Shown here: positions 1 to 12,403 of the stretch, piece by piece | Numbering within the stretch: position 1 is the first letter of the stretch | Layout: the number at the start of each line of letters is the position of its first letter | Source: Macrostomum lignano | Taxonomy: Eukaryota | Direction of reading: 5' to 3' | DNA length: 64,000 nucleotides | Assembly (NCBI GenBank): GCA_002269645.1 | Contig: NIVC01000189.1 | Location: 75,875 to 139,874, forward strand | Position numbers and translations under genes: made by a program | Notes under the pieces: generated by a model | What the model was told of the DNA's origin: nothing | The model's input: only the letters and a program-made list of their open reading frames with translations | Databases searched by the model: none

Positions 1-46
1 TGTTAATTTCTTTAACAACAAAACTTGCATCACTTCAAAACCTCAG

Positions 47-629
47 GCTGAAAATGAGTTTCTCAATATTGAGAAGCGTCACAACGAGTTGCTGCAGGTG
101 AAATTATTGAGAAAAATAATTGAGTTTCTCTCATTTTTGTTTTAAATTGAGGTTTTGGATTTTTCCGGCTTTTTATGTGCCACATTTTAACAAAATAAAG
201 CTTGAATTAATACTTGAAATGCCTAAAACTCAAAATTCAAGGCTGCCAACGAGAGATTCGCCAAAGAGAACAAGAAACTCGAAGAGGAACTCGAAGAGAC
301 TCGAAAGCGACTTAACGAGGCCGAGGCGGAATTAGAATTCAAAACGAACGAATGCAGCAGTCTCAAGGTAGGTGCTAATACGTAAATAAACACAAAAATT
401 ATAGTCCGTTTTGGAAGTGAATCTTATTAAAGGGTATATTTAGTCAAATATCGATCCGTACGAAATTATTTTTATACACGAAATACACAGCATTACTAAA
501 ACTAAGATTAACGCGTATTATTACATTATTGGTTTGTTGACTACTCAAGTAGTACTCAAAGTAGTTCTCATATACTAGTCAAATATTACTTAGAGTAACT
601 TAAATTAGGGCTCAAATAGTATTCAAATC

Positions 630-696
<67 letters not shown>

Positions 697-3600
697 AAGT
701 AAGTCAATAAGTAAGTAAGCTAGTAAGTATGTAAAGTGAAGTAGTACTCAAAGTAGTACTGAAATAGTACTAAAGTAGTGCCTAAGTATTTTCTAGAATC
801 ATCTTGTTATCTTATTCGACGTTTTATTCAATATTCAGAAATTGTCCTAAAGTTATAGTTATTATATAGAAACACATAATAAGAATTGAAACTCCAGGGA
901 AATATCTTGCCTGCTTCTCAAGACGATTGAAAAAGCGATAGGATTGTCAAATCAGTCTACTTGAGTAGTCTACGAGTATATTTCATTCTCTTATTAAATA
1001 ATCATTTCCTGCTCTTTGGTTGTTTGAAAACGCATATATTAACACGCCACTATAATCTGATCTACGATTAATCCAATATTTTATGTCCGTATTATGCTAC
1101 TCAAAGTAACACCCGAAGAATTTCTCTCGATCTGCCAGGAAAATCACGACAAATTGACCGATGCGGTTAGCAAGGGCCAGCAGAATTTGGAGAAGGAGAT
1201 GGTCTATTGCGACATCAAGCAGAAAGAGATTGACGAGTTCAAGGTGCCATTGAAAAGGATTTCCTCGCATTTCTTGAAGTCAAGCCAGGAAAAAAAACAA
1301 AGAAATCAAATTTCAAAACTTGGCATATAGTTACTGAAATTTTCTGTCTGTATGTTTTAGAAAAATGTTGGCAAGCTGACCGCCGAGAGAGACAAAAACA
1401 AAGAGCTGCTGGAGCGAGTGCGCACCGACCTCGAGGATAAGACCAACGAACTGGATGAAGTCCAAGTAATTTCCAGTTTAAACAGAACTAAAATTATGCT
1501 TTAAGAAAAGTATATCAAGTAAAAACGAGTTTTAGTTAGTCGTACGTTCGTAGAGTTAAATATGGGCACTCATATCTCATGGTGGGCTCCCTTGTTTCTT
1601 GGTGGGCGCCCTTGTTTCTTGGTGGGCGCCCTTGTTTCTTGGTGGCTCCCTTGTTTCTTGGTGGGCGCCCTTGTTTCTTGGTGGCTCCCTTGTTTCTTGG
1701 TGGGCGCCCTTGTTTCTTGGTGGGCTCCCTTGTTTCTTGGTGGGCTCCCTTGTTTCTTGGTGAGCGCCCTTGTTTCTTGGTGAGCGCCCCTGTCTCTTAG
1801 TGGGCGTCCCTGTCTCTTGGTGGGCGCCCCTGTCTCTTGGTGGGCTCCCTTGTTTCTTGGTGGGCTCCCTTGTTTCTTGGTGGGCTCCCTTGTTTCTTGG
1901 TGGGCGCCCTTGTTTCTTGGTGGGCGCCCTTGTTTCTTGGTGGCTCCCTTGTTTCTTGGTGGGCGCCCTTGTTTCTTGGTGGGCTCCCTTGTTTCTTGGT
2001 GGGCGCCCTTGTTTCTTGGTGGGCTCCCTTGTTTCTTGGTGGGCTCCCTTGTTTCTTGGTGAGCGCCCTTGTTTCTTGGTGAGCGCCCCTGTCTCTTGAT
2101 GGGCGCCCCTGTCTCTTAGTGGGCGTCCCTGTCTCTTGGTGGGCGCCCCTGTCTCTTGGTGGGCTCCCTTGTTTCTTGGTGGGCTCCCTTGTTTCTTGGT
2201 GGGCTCCCTTGTTTCTTGGTGGGCTCCCTTGTTTCTTGGTGGGCTCCCTTGTTTCTTGGTGGGCTCCCTTGTTTCTTGGTGGGCTCCCTTGTTTCTTGGT
2301 GGGCTCCCTTGTTTCTTGGTGGGCTCCCTTGTTTCTTGGTGGGCTCCCTTGTTTCTTGGTGGGCTCCCTTGTTTCTTGGTGGGCTCCCTTGTTTCTTGGT
2401 GAGCGCCCCTGTCTCTTGGTAGGTGCCCTTGTCTTTTGGTGGGCGCCCCTGTCTCTTGGTGGGCGACCCTGTCTTTTGGTGGGCGCCCCTGTCTCTTGGT
2501 GGGCGTCCCTGTCTCTTGGTGGGCGCCCCTGTCTCTTAGTGGGCGCCCCTGTCTCTTAGTGAGCGCCCCTGTCTCTTGGTTGGCGCCCTTACCAATGCTG
2601 GTCATCTACAATTGTTTCTACATTGTGGATGCCTAATCAAAGAAGTAGCAAAAGTTGAGCTCGCATCAATAGTCGAGCTTAGTAGCTTCTTTAATTCAAT
2701 CCTTGTGGGGGCGATTGTGGGAGGGCCAAGATCCCCTGTGCCTACGCCACTGAAGACTAGCACTATATCCTAGCTTCAATAGCTGTGAACTATGTCTGAC
2801 GAGACCATAACAAATATTTTCACTATCATTATCTTAGAAAAAACTGGACCAACTAAAAACTGACAAAGACCAGTTGGAAAAGAATCACAAAGACTTGGAA
2901 TTGAAACTTGAAGCCGAGCACAAAGAGAAAGAGTCGCTGACAGAGGCCAACAACACCATGACGTCGGCGCTGGACCAGAGCAACAAAAGCTTGGAAGAGA
3001 AGGATGCCGAGCTTGAACGAAAAGATGAACAGTTGAATGAAGCAAAAGTAAGATTCTGTTTTTTGTTAAAAGCTTGTTCCACATGACGTCATCAACAATC
3101 GAAACCACAGCTCGGAGAGGAAAATCTTCAAACTAACAGGAGGAAGCTTCGAAGTACAAGCAAGAGAATGAGGAACTGGAAAGAAAGGCGATCACTGCCG
3201 AGAAAGAGGTTGAAAAGAAGGACGACGAACTGAAGAGTTTGCAGGTTGTAAAATTCCTCAACTTCCTCGCTGCTTAATTTCTTGTTTTTGTTTTTCCTTT
3301 TGTTAACTCCGAAGGTCGCCGCCGTTGGTTCGTCGGAGGGAGTTGGAATGGAGTTTTCTTCAGCCAACAATCAAACTTCGAAGAATGATTATTAATGAGA
3401 CAAACGTTTTCCACTCTTCTAGACAACCGTGGCAGATCTGGAAAGAGACAAGGAAGACCTGACTAAGCAGGTGCAAGAGTTGGATGAGTCGTTGAAAAAC
3501 AAAGATCAGGAAATGAACACCTACAAGGTGCGGTTATTTCGTTCGTCGAATTCCTCCAATCGGATTTTTCTTAATCGGGATTTTCATCGGATTTAATTGT

Positions 3601-6600
3601 GGGAGACAGTATTTTCGTGTCTGTTCATCCAATTTTCAGAAAGCACGATCGTCTTTTTCCTCCGTTTTTTTATTTTCAAAAACTTTTTGTTTTACTTGAT
3701 CAATTTTTTGACGGCTTTACCCGGATGTCATGCTTTGATTTGCGTTGGTGATTCGGATACTTATTTTCAATTTCGACAATTGCTAACTGGTGGAGCAGAC
3801 TGGCTTTGGTAAAGAAACACCTGCTTGAACTCCACCGGCAGAGCAACAACGAGAAACTCTCGGCCAGCGTGGAGCAACAGGGCAAAAGCTTGGAGAAGAA
3901 ATCGGCCGAAGTTGAAGCCAAGCAGCGCGAGATCGAGTCGCTCAAAGCCGAGAAGACCAAGCTCAACCAGGATCGCCGCGAGGAGGAGGCCCGACTCCAG
4001 GAGAAGGTCAAGGAGCAGTACAAGGAGACTCTGGACGCTAAGCGGGAACGCGACGATTTGAATCGAACCAAAGCTTCGCTTGAGAAGCAAATCGAAAAAC
4101 AAAAACAGAAAATTGAGTCCTTGCAGAAGGACATTGGTCAGCTGAAGGTGAGACGCTGCAGTCAAACAAGGCTAAGGCAATATAATGAGAAAAAGAGATT
4201 ATCTTGAACTAAAATAAATTCATGTTTAATTCTCCACCTGCATAGGAGAACACCGAAAATTTGACTTCATCATTGGAGACTGCGGAAAAGACGCAGGAAG
4301 ACACGAACAATCATTGCAAAGAGCTGGAAGAGGAGCTCAATAAACTCAAGGTCTGAATTGAGCAATAAAACTCGTAGCAATTAGGACTTTTATCTCAATG
4401 GTGGCCTGTTGTGCCTTTTGGTAATGGATTTGAAGCTTTCCTATAGTTTTATAGGGTTTTTGGCACCTGTTGACTTCACTCCAAATCCTGCTACTCATTT
4501 TATTCATTTTATTCCTACGGTAAATTCCGCATACGAGATAACAGAATTACTTGTGTACTCTGCTTACCGAAGGAAAAAGTCTGTAAATTTTATCGATTCG
4601 AGCACTTTGCTCACAGACAAACTAATCCTAATTTTTCAACTCTCAGGATGAGAAAAACCGACTGGAGAACGAGCGAGAGGAGCTCAGCCGCAAACTGGCC
4701 GACACAGAGGCCGACAAAGACCGGCTCCAGCAGGAAAGCGAGCAATTGAAGAAGTCAACAGAAGCGGCCGAGAAAGACAAAGAAGCATTGCAAAGAGAGT
4801 TCGACGATTATCGAAAAGAAGCCGAGGCGGCTTCCGATGAGCTCAAAAAGTCCAACGAGTCCGTGACAAAGAGTTTGGACAAGGCGATGAAGAATCTGGA
4901 GACTAGGAATCAAGAGTTTCAGGTGAGTTGCATAAATTACACTTGGACTCAGAGCATTCCTCCTGTGTCCAAAACTGGGACGCTTAAATACGAGCTAGGT
5001 AGACCAAGATTCTCAATTCTCTTCAAAGTGTGAATGCCAGAGAATGCAGTAAATATTTGCAGATTCACATGCCCGACCTCCTCTCGCTGAGTAGAGTAGC
5101 TGATATGCGCGTTTGGCACACCTCTTGCCTGAAAATTATATTTGTCTTTTTAGCATAAGACCAATATTTGCACTAACTATCTGAGAAGTTTATTTCCACC
5201 TTAAATACGACTGACTTAGGCCCTACTTAACGCGTATGCAAGGCAGGCAGACTTCAGCAGAGAAAGATTAAGCTCACTTTCTCTTTCTATAGAAGTTGGA
5301 ATACAAGCTACTTTATCAGATCAGAAGGTAGACAGTGTTAAAGCTGTTCGGAGTCTTATTCCATCGTTTGCTTATTCTCAGCTTTGCTTTCTCGGACTTT
5401 AAGGCCGGACGTCTCTTCATTTCCCCTGCTTTCTGTTTCTCACCCAAACTTCCTCTCTCCCTCAACCCCCTCTATCCCTCGATCCCCTCTCCTTCAACCC
5501 CCTCTGCCTCAACCCCCTCTCTTCCCCAACCCCCTCTCTTCCTCAACCACTTCTCTAACTCAACCCCCTCCTTCCCTCAACCCCCTCTCTCCCTCAACCC
5601 CCTCCTTCCCTCAACCCCCTCTCTCTCTCAACCCCCTCCTTCCCTCAACCCCCTCCTTCCCTCAACCCCCTCTTTCCCTCAACCCCCTCCTTCCCTCAAC
5701 CCCCTCTCTCCCTCAACCCCCTCTCTCCCTCAACCCCCTCCTTCCCTCAACCCCCTCTCTCCCTCAACCCCCTCCTTCCCTCAACCCCCTCTCTCCCTCA
5801 ACCCCCTCCTTCCCTCAACCCCCTCTCTCCCTCAACCCCTTTTCCTACACGCCCCTTTCCCTCAACCCCTCTCCCTCAACCGCCTCTATCCCTCTCCCTC
5901 TCTCTCCCCTCCCCCTCCCTGCTCGCCCTTCTACCTCCCCCTCCCTCTCTCTCGCTCCCTCAATCCTCTTTCTCCCTCAACCCCTCTCCCTCAGCTATCG
6001 TTCGTTCACCCACTCCAAGCTAACTACGAGTAACTTCCCCCGTTCTTCCTTCCCCGCAGGCCAAAGCCCGTGAGGCGCAGTCCAGCAGAGAGGCCAAAGA
6101 AGCCCTGGCCCTGGAGAAGGACCGCCTCGATCACTCGCTTCGCAAAGCCAACACTGAATTGGAGAAACGAACTCAGGACCTAGCCAGAGCAAAATCGGAC
6201 AAGGAACGAATCGAGGCCGCCCAGTACGAATCTGAACGTCGAGCCAAGGACGCCGAGCACAGACTGGCGGAGCGAACTCGTGACCTTGCAGATCAGCGCT
6301 CGAAATGTGAGCAGCTGCAGGCTGAGAAAGCCGAATTGGAGGCCGGAGCTCGGGAACAGCGGGCTCGAACTCAGGAGCTGCAGAACGAAGTGTCATCGCT
6401 TAAACGAGACCGAGACAGACTGCAGCGAGAGCTTGAGGACACAAGACGTTCAGCTGACGGACTGGAGACTAAGAAGATGGACATTGAAAAGGAGCTGGAT
6501 TCGGAGAAGGTAGGTTTACCTTGTCAGGAAGGTAGGTTTACCTTGTCAGGAATGTAGTTTTACCCTTTACCCTGTCAGGAATGTAGGTAGGTTTACCCTG

Positions 6601-9600
6601 TCAGGAATGTAGGTTCACCCTGTCAGGAATGTAGGTTTACCCTGTCAGGAATGTAGGTTTACCCTGTCAGGAATGTAGGTTCATCCTGTCAGGAATGTAG
6701 GTTTACCCTGTCAGGAATGTAGGTTCATCCTGCCAGGAATGTAGGTTTACCCTGTCAGGAATGTAGGTTCATCCTGTCAGGAATGTAGGTTTACCCTGTC
6801 AGGAATGTAGGTTTACCCTGTCAGGAATGTAGGTTTACCCTGTCAGGAATGTAGGTTTACCCTGTCAGGAATGTAGGTTCATCCTGTCAGGAATGTAGGT
6901 TTACCCTGTCAGGAATGTAGGTTCATCCTGTCAGGAATGTAGGTTTACCCTGTCAGGAATGTAGGTTTACCCTGTCAGGAATGTAGGTTCACCCTGTCAG
7001 GAATGTAGGTTTACCCTGTCAGGAATGTAGGTTTACCCTGTCAGGAATGTAGGTTCATCCTGTCAGGGATGTAGGTTTACCCTGTCAGGAATGTAGGTTC
7101 ATCCTGTCAGGAATGTAGGTTTACCCTGTCAGGAATGTAGGTTTACCCTGTCAGGAATGTAGGTTCACCCTGTCAGGAATGTAGGTTCATCCTGTCAGGA
7201 ATGTAGGTTTACCCTTTACCCTGTCAGGAATGTAGGTAGGTTTATCCTGTCAGGAATGTAGGTTCATCCTGTCAGGAATGTAGGTTTACCCTGTCAGGAA
7301 TGTAGGTTTACCCTTTACCCTGTCAGGAATGTAGGTAGGTTTACCCTGTCAGGAATGTAGGTTTACCCTGTCAGGAATGTAGGTTTACCCTGTCAGGAAT
7401 GTAGGTTTACCTTGTCAGGAATGTAGGTTTACCCTGTCAGGAATGTAGGTTTACCCTGTCAGGAATGTAGGTTTACCTTGTCAGGAATGTAGGTTCATCC
7501 TGCCAGGAATGTAGGTTTACCCTGTCAGGAATGTAGGTTCATCCTGTCAGGAATGTAGGTTTACCCTGTCAGGAATGTAGGTTTACCTTGTCAGGAATGT
7601 AGGTTTACCCTGTCAGGAATGTACGTTGTGTGGGGTTGACGTCAGAAATATAGGATACATTCTGTCACTTACTTTACGTTAGTACGTATTTTTAAACAGA
7701 AAAACTCCGGAAAATTGCGTCGCGACGCGGAGAGTCTGCAGGACCGAATCCGAGAGCTGGAGGCCCGCTTGGACGGCAAAGACCGGGAGATCGCCGACGC
7801 CAAGGTAACGGGAAAAACCGGCCCAATGCCAATGCAAATTACAGGGAGACTACTAGCGGTCATAAAGCACGTCAGGATTTCAAGAATGGGTAGTACGGAC
7901 AATCAATTGAGCCTTAAAATTGTAACGTCGAAAATTGAACTGCAACTTCATTTCCAGTTACTGTTGTTTTTTGACAAGTCATAAAATATCTTGACAGAGA
8001 CGTCCCTGATATATTGATAAAGAAACCTAGTTTTAGTGGCGTCACTAAAATCAATGACGCAGCCTAGTTTTAATGACGTCACTAGAATAGATGACGTCGC
8101 CTAGTTTTAGTGACGTCACTAATATCGATGCGACGCAATCTAATGTCAGTGACGTCACTAATATTGATGCCGAAACTTAGTTTCAGTGACGTCACTAGTA
8201 TCAATGACGAAACCTATGTTCAGTGACGTCACTAGTATCAATGACGAAACCTAGTTTCACTGATGTCACTAGTATCAATGACGAAACCTAGTTTCAGTGA
8301 CGTACCTGGATCGATGACGCAACCTAGTGTCAGGGACGTCTTTAATGTCATATGAAAACTTTGTCAAAAAGCGTAAAGATAGCAATGACGTCATTCATTT
8401 GCCACGTCACAATCGATAACTCAATCGGAGCCTACATCGCCTACTATCTATTTTCCCTATCTCAAAGGCCGCCCAAGAAGAGGCCCAGAGGGAGCGCAAG
8501 AAAATGCAGCGCGATTTGGACGATCAACAGAAATCGGCCGAGTCGTTGAAGAACACCAACGAACGGCTGGAAGAGGAGCTGCAAGAGGTCAGCAACAAGT
8601 TGGACCGGGAGATCGGCAAGTCGGACGGTTCTGGTGGAGATCTTACCGATCAGCTCAAGGTATTCGAGATAGAGTTTTGCGGCCTTAGCAGTGGGACTTT
8701 AACTGAGGAATGTAGGGCTGTCTTAACTGAGGAATGTAGGGCTGTCTTAACTGAGGAATGTAGGGCTGTCTTAACTGAGGAATGTAGGGCTGTCTTAACT
8801 GAGGAATGTAGGGCTGTCTTAACTGAGGAATGTAGGGCTGTCTTAACTGAGGAATGTAGGGCTGACTTAACTCAGGAATGTAGGGCTGTCTTAACTGAGG
8901 AATGTAGGGCTGACTTAACTGAGGAATGTAGGGCTGTCTTAACTGAGGAATGTAGGGCTGACTTAACTGAGGAATGTAGGGCTGACTTAACTCAGGAATG
9001 TAGGGCTGACTTAACTGAGGAATGTAGGGCTGACTTAACTGAGGAATGTAGGGCTGACTTAACTGAGGAATGTAGGGCTGACTTAACTGAGGAATGTAGG
9101 GCTGACTTAACTGAGGAATGTAGGGCTGACTTAACTCAGGAATGTAGGGCTGACTTAACTGAGGAATGTAGGGCTGACTTAACTGAGGAATGTAGGGCTG
9201 ACTTAACTGAGGAATGTAGGGCTGACTTAACTGAGGAATGTAGGGCTGACTTAACTGAGGAATGTAGGGCTGACTTAACTCAGGAATGTAGGGCTGACTT
9301 AACTGAGGAATGTAGGGCTGACTTAACTGAGGAATGTAGGGCTGACTTAACTGAGGAATGTAGGGCTGACTTAACTGAGGAATGTAGGGCTGACTTAACT
9401 GAGGAATGTAGGGCTGTCTTTACTGAGGAATGTAGGGCTGTCTTAACTGAGGAATGTAGGGCTGTCTTAACTGAGGAATGTAGGGCTGTCTTAACTGAGG
9501 AATGTAGGGCTGACTTAACTGAGGAATGTAGGGCTGTCTTGACTGAGGAATGTAGGGCTGTCTTAACCATGAGGAATGTAGGGCTGTCTCAACTGAGGAA

Positions 9601-12403
9601 TGTAGGACTGTCTTAACTGATGAATGTAGAGCTGTCTTAACTGAGGAATGTAGGGCTGTCTTAACCATGAGGAATGTAGGACTGTCTTAACTGAGGAATG
9701 TAGGATTGTCTTAACTGAGGAATGTAGGATTGTCTTAACTGAGGAATGTAGGGCTGTCTTAACCATGAGGAATGTAGGGCTGTTTTAACTGAGGAATGTA
9801 GGGCTGTCTTAACTGAGGAATGTAGGGCTGTCTTGACTGAGGAATGTAGGGCTGTCTTAACTGAGGAATTTAGTTTATTTAAGGTTAGCCTCTGGGGTAA
9901 CATGTGCCTTTGGTTGCCACACCTGGTCACCCCTATTAAAACACCCATCTCCCATTCTCCGCAACACCAGTTCGAGAACTCCCGTCTGACCAAGCAGAAG
10001 CTCGAGTTGAGCCGCGAAGTCGCCGAACTGAAAGACAAACTCAAAGCCGCCGAGATTAAAGTCGAACGCGAGAAGGTCAGCGCAATTTTTTTTAATTGAC
10101 TATTCTAAAAACTATTACTTGTAGTAGAGTGATTTGAATATCATAACCGTTGAATCTAAACTCCTTTAATGACAAAACACAATACACAGGAAGAAAATGA
10201 TGACCTACTAATGGAGACGAAAAATCTAAACGCTAAAATTAAAGAAGTTCAGAACATGCTCAACGCTCAAGAGCGGGAAAACAAAGAGCTGAAGGTATCG
10301 CAACGAAATATGAGTAGTATCTATTGAGTTTTGGTGTTGGTCAAATCTTTTCTATTTTGCATGCTTCATTTTGATAACGGTGACCGTCTTCTGAAATTTT
10401 GTCGCAATTCCAAACGTGAAACGTAGAGGGCCCGCAGCCCAGTGGTCTGGCGCGGCGCTCTGATGTGCCAGCGGCCCAGGCTCGATTCCAACTGCAGTCG
10501 CATTAATTTGGGGCTAAATTGGAATCTCGGCTTGGCTCTGCTCGTGCAATTAACGCCCAGCTTGAGAGCCAACCCCCCAGGGCACAGTGAAGTGTACATG
10601 CCTAACGATAAATAAAGTTAGGGCAGCTGTACACTCCTGTGTGAGTGTGTGCCTGTGCGTATGACTGCGTACGTATCCGCGCGCTTGTGTGCCTGCTGGG
10701 CAGTTGTGTGACAATGTCGCTTAAAGTGCACCAGGGTACACACAGCCCCCTGCCTGTAATAAAAAATATTGTGAGATTTCTGTTGCACAGATTCATACTT
10801 CCAAATCCAACAGAGATTCAACGACAATCTCGAAGGCGCTATTCGAAGCAGCGAAGCCGAAGACAGGAGCAAAGCTGAACGCTTGGAGAGGGACTGCGAG
10901 CAGCGGGTGAAGTCTGCCAAGGCTCAGGTGGCGCAGAAGGAGGCGGAACTCGCCCAGCTCAAGGTTTGTGCTTGACGCTGTCTTGTCAGGGAAAGCAAAA
11001 AAGTCAGGGAATACTGTTTAACTGGGGAATATGGGATAGTTGTAGCCTTAGCGCTTAGAGCGTCGGACTCAAGACTGAAAGATCCGTGGTTCGATTCTCG
11101 ATCCTACTCGGAAACAATTTGTGTCCTTGAGCAAGAGACACTTAAAACTCTGCATTGCTTCAGTTCACCCAGCTGTAGAATGGGTGCCAGCATTAGCTGG
11201 GGTAATTGAGGCTGTGTGTGGCGACCCATAGGCCAATTAATTCGGGGGGTTGTCGTGCGGTTCCCAGCCATGAGGGCCAAGCTCTAAGACTCACAGGGTG
11301 TACCGAAAGGAAGATCTAAATTCGAATTTCGAACCTGTCAGGAAGACGCCGAGGGCCAATACTCGGCCAGGAAGGCTGCGGAAGAGTTCGCCAACCGGCT
11401 GGACAGAAATCTGCGCAAAAAGGAGCTCGAGGCGGAGAAGCTTCTGGATGAGAAGCGATCGCTGGAGGCTCAGGTGGAAGAGCTCAATAACCAGCTGCGC
11501 ACAGACCGCACAGATCGCAACCGTTACAACGAGCTCATTCAGAAGCTCAACGAAGCTCAAAAGAAAGCTGATACACTGGAGAAAGCGCTCAATATGAAGA
11601 ATTCTGAGACCTCGAAGATGCTAATGAGTGAGTTGTTAATTTTTATTAGTACTGTAAATTACTGGTTGCAGGTACACAGTGATATAGTCAGTAGCGTTGG
11701 TTCAAAAAAAGTTCGTATCAAGTTGTATAAGACTTTATACTTTTTTATTAATCATCTAGAGAGGGGTTGTAGACTTATTAGGGGTTAGAGCATCAGACTC
11801 ACGACTTGAAGGTCTATGGTTCGATTCCGGATCCCCAATGAAACAATTTGTGCCCTTGAGCAAGGCACTTAACTCTGCATTGCTTCAGTTCACCCAGCTG
11901 TAAAATGGGTGCCAGCATTAGCTGGGGAAATTAAGGATGTGTGTGGCGACCCCCCCCCCCCCAGTCCTTGGACTGAACAGCCGTACGCAGCCTTCAAATG
12001 CACCGCGCAATAGCTGCGGCTGAGCTGTCGATTGTACATCTGGCCCATCAATTACAGTTATCATATCAAGTCCTGTACTGACTCCCTTGCAGACACCCAG
12101 GAAGGCTTCCAAAGGCAGGTGCAAAATGAGCGTAGAGAGCGCGAAGAGATGCAGCAGAAGATGGAGCGCCAGCAGCAGTTGCTATCCGAGCAGACGGAGA
12201 AAATGAAGAAGCAACTTGAGCGAACGGCCAAGACCGACCAGCTGCTAAAAGAGCTCTACGCTGAGAATGCCCAGCTCATGAAGGCTCTGCAGGTCACCGA
12301 GCAGCGCCAGAAAGTGGCCGAGCAGCGCTGCCAGCAGCTTGACGACAAATGCCGCAGTCTGCAGAAAGTTCTCGGCAGAGTCAGCCAGGGGGCCGCTCAC
12401 TGA
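47..12403 (+). CDS. NINL: Ninein-like (NINL/ninein family) coiled-coil protein, 3' part; the gene starts upstream of the window
   Basis: Hand-spliced AG/GT-bounded exons: 47-97, 242-367, 1139-1243, 1361-1465, 2838-3047, 3140-3244, 3423-3527, 3842-4147, 4246-4350, 4647-4922, 6060-6509, 7700-7804, 8468-8659, 9971-10075, 10190-10294, 10814-10963, 11342-11627, 12093-12403 (TGA). They join into one open frame of about 1065 aa of E/K/Q/L-rich coiled coil. The C-terminus TDQLLKELYAENAQLMKALQVTEQRQKVAEQRCQQLDDKCRSL resembles, from memory, the vertebrate NINL tail ([23 protein letters not shown]). AATAAA at 12493. The gene model is firm; the family name comes from recall, not a search. Confidence 0.75.
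630..725 (+). repeat. (AAGT)n microsatellite
   Basis: About 20 tandem AAGT units in intron 2 of the coiled-coil gene. Confidence 0.95.
1575..2590 (+). repeat. 20-bp minisatellite (GGTGGGCTCCCTTGTTTCTT)n
   Basis: About 50 tandem units inside intron 1466-2837. It generates the spurious repetitive ORFs at 1562-2636. Confidence 0.95.
5440..5990 (+). repeat. 17-bp C-rich minisatellite (CCTCAACCCCCTCYYTC)n
   Basis: Tandem units ending just before the acceptor at 6059. Confidence 0.9.
6510..7622 (+). repeat. 22-bp minisatellite (GTAGGTTTACCCTGTCAGGAAT)n
   Basis: About 50 units starting exactly at the splice donor (6510). Confidence 0.95.
8025..8345 (+). repeat. 37-bp tandem repeat containing GTGACGTCAC
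   Basis: About 8-9 degenerate units; period 37 measured between 8186 and 8223. Confidence 0.85.
8700..9870 (+). repeat. 24-bp minisatellite (AACTGAGGAATGTAGGGCTGWCTT)n
   Basis: About 48 units in intron 8660-9970; source of the (LTEECRAD)n pseudo-ORF. Confidence 0.95.
10427..10768 (+). mobile_element. tRNA-derived SINE, family A, copy 1
   Basis: tRNA-like head with degenerate A box and GGCTCGATTCC B box, about 270-bp body, A-rich tail. An inverted homolog lies at 45931-46290. Confidence 0.65.
11033..11295 (+). mobile_element. CORE-type SINE, copy 1
   Basis: tRNA-like head (TAGCCTTAGCG...GGTTCGATTC) followed by TGTGTCCTTGAGCAAGAGACACTTAA...CTTCAGTTCACCCAGCTGTAGAATGGG, matching the MIR/CORE consensus TGTGACCTTGGGCAAGTCACTTAA...CTCAGTTTCCTCATCTGTAAAATGGG. 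Confidence 0.75.
11762..11952 (+). mobile_element. CORE-type SINE, copy 2 (3'-truncated)
   Basis: Same head (GGTTCGATTCC) and CORE block TGTGCCCTTGAGCAAGGCACTTAAC...CTGTAAAATGGG as 11033-11295. Confidence 0.75.

Noticed and set aside
1562-2636. Multiple long ORFs (e.g. the 342-aa minus-strand ORF)
   Set aside because: They are translations of a 20-bp minisatellite inside a phase-compatible intron.
3128-3370. 80-aa antisense ORF (MLAEENSIPTPS...) overlapping an exon and intron
   Set aside because: Non-ATG start, mostly the antisense shadow of a coiled-coil exon, no motif.
8025-8345. CRISPR-like appearance of 37-bp palindromic repeats
   Set aside because: No unique spacers, no cas genes, and a eukaryotic intron context.
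8660-9616. 370-aa ORF with (LTEECRAD)n repeats
   Set aside because: Read-through past the donor at 8660 into a 24-bp array; the true frame resumes at the acceptor 9970.
11033-11110. Possible tRNA gene
   Set aside because: No complete cloverleaf; it continues into a CORE-SINE body and recurs degenerately at 11762.
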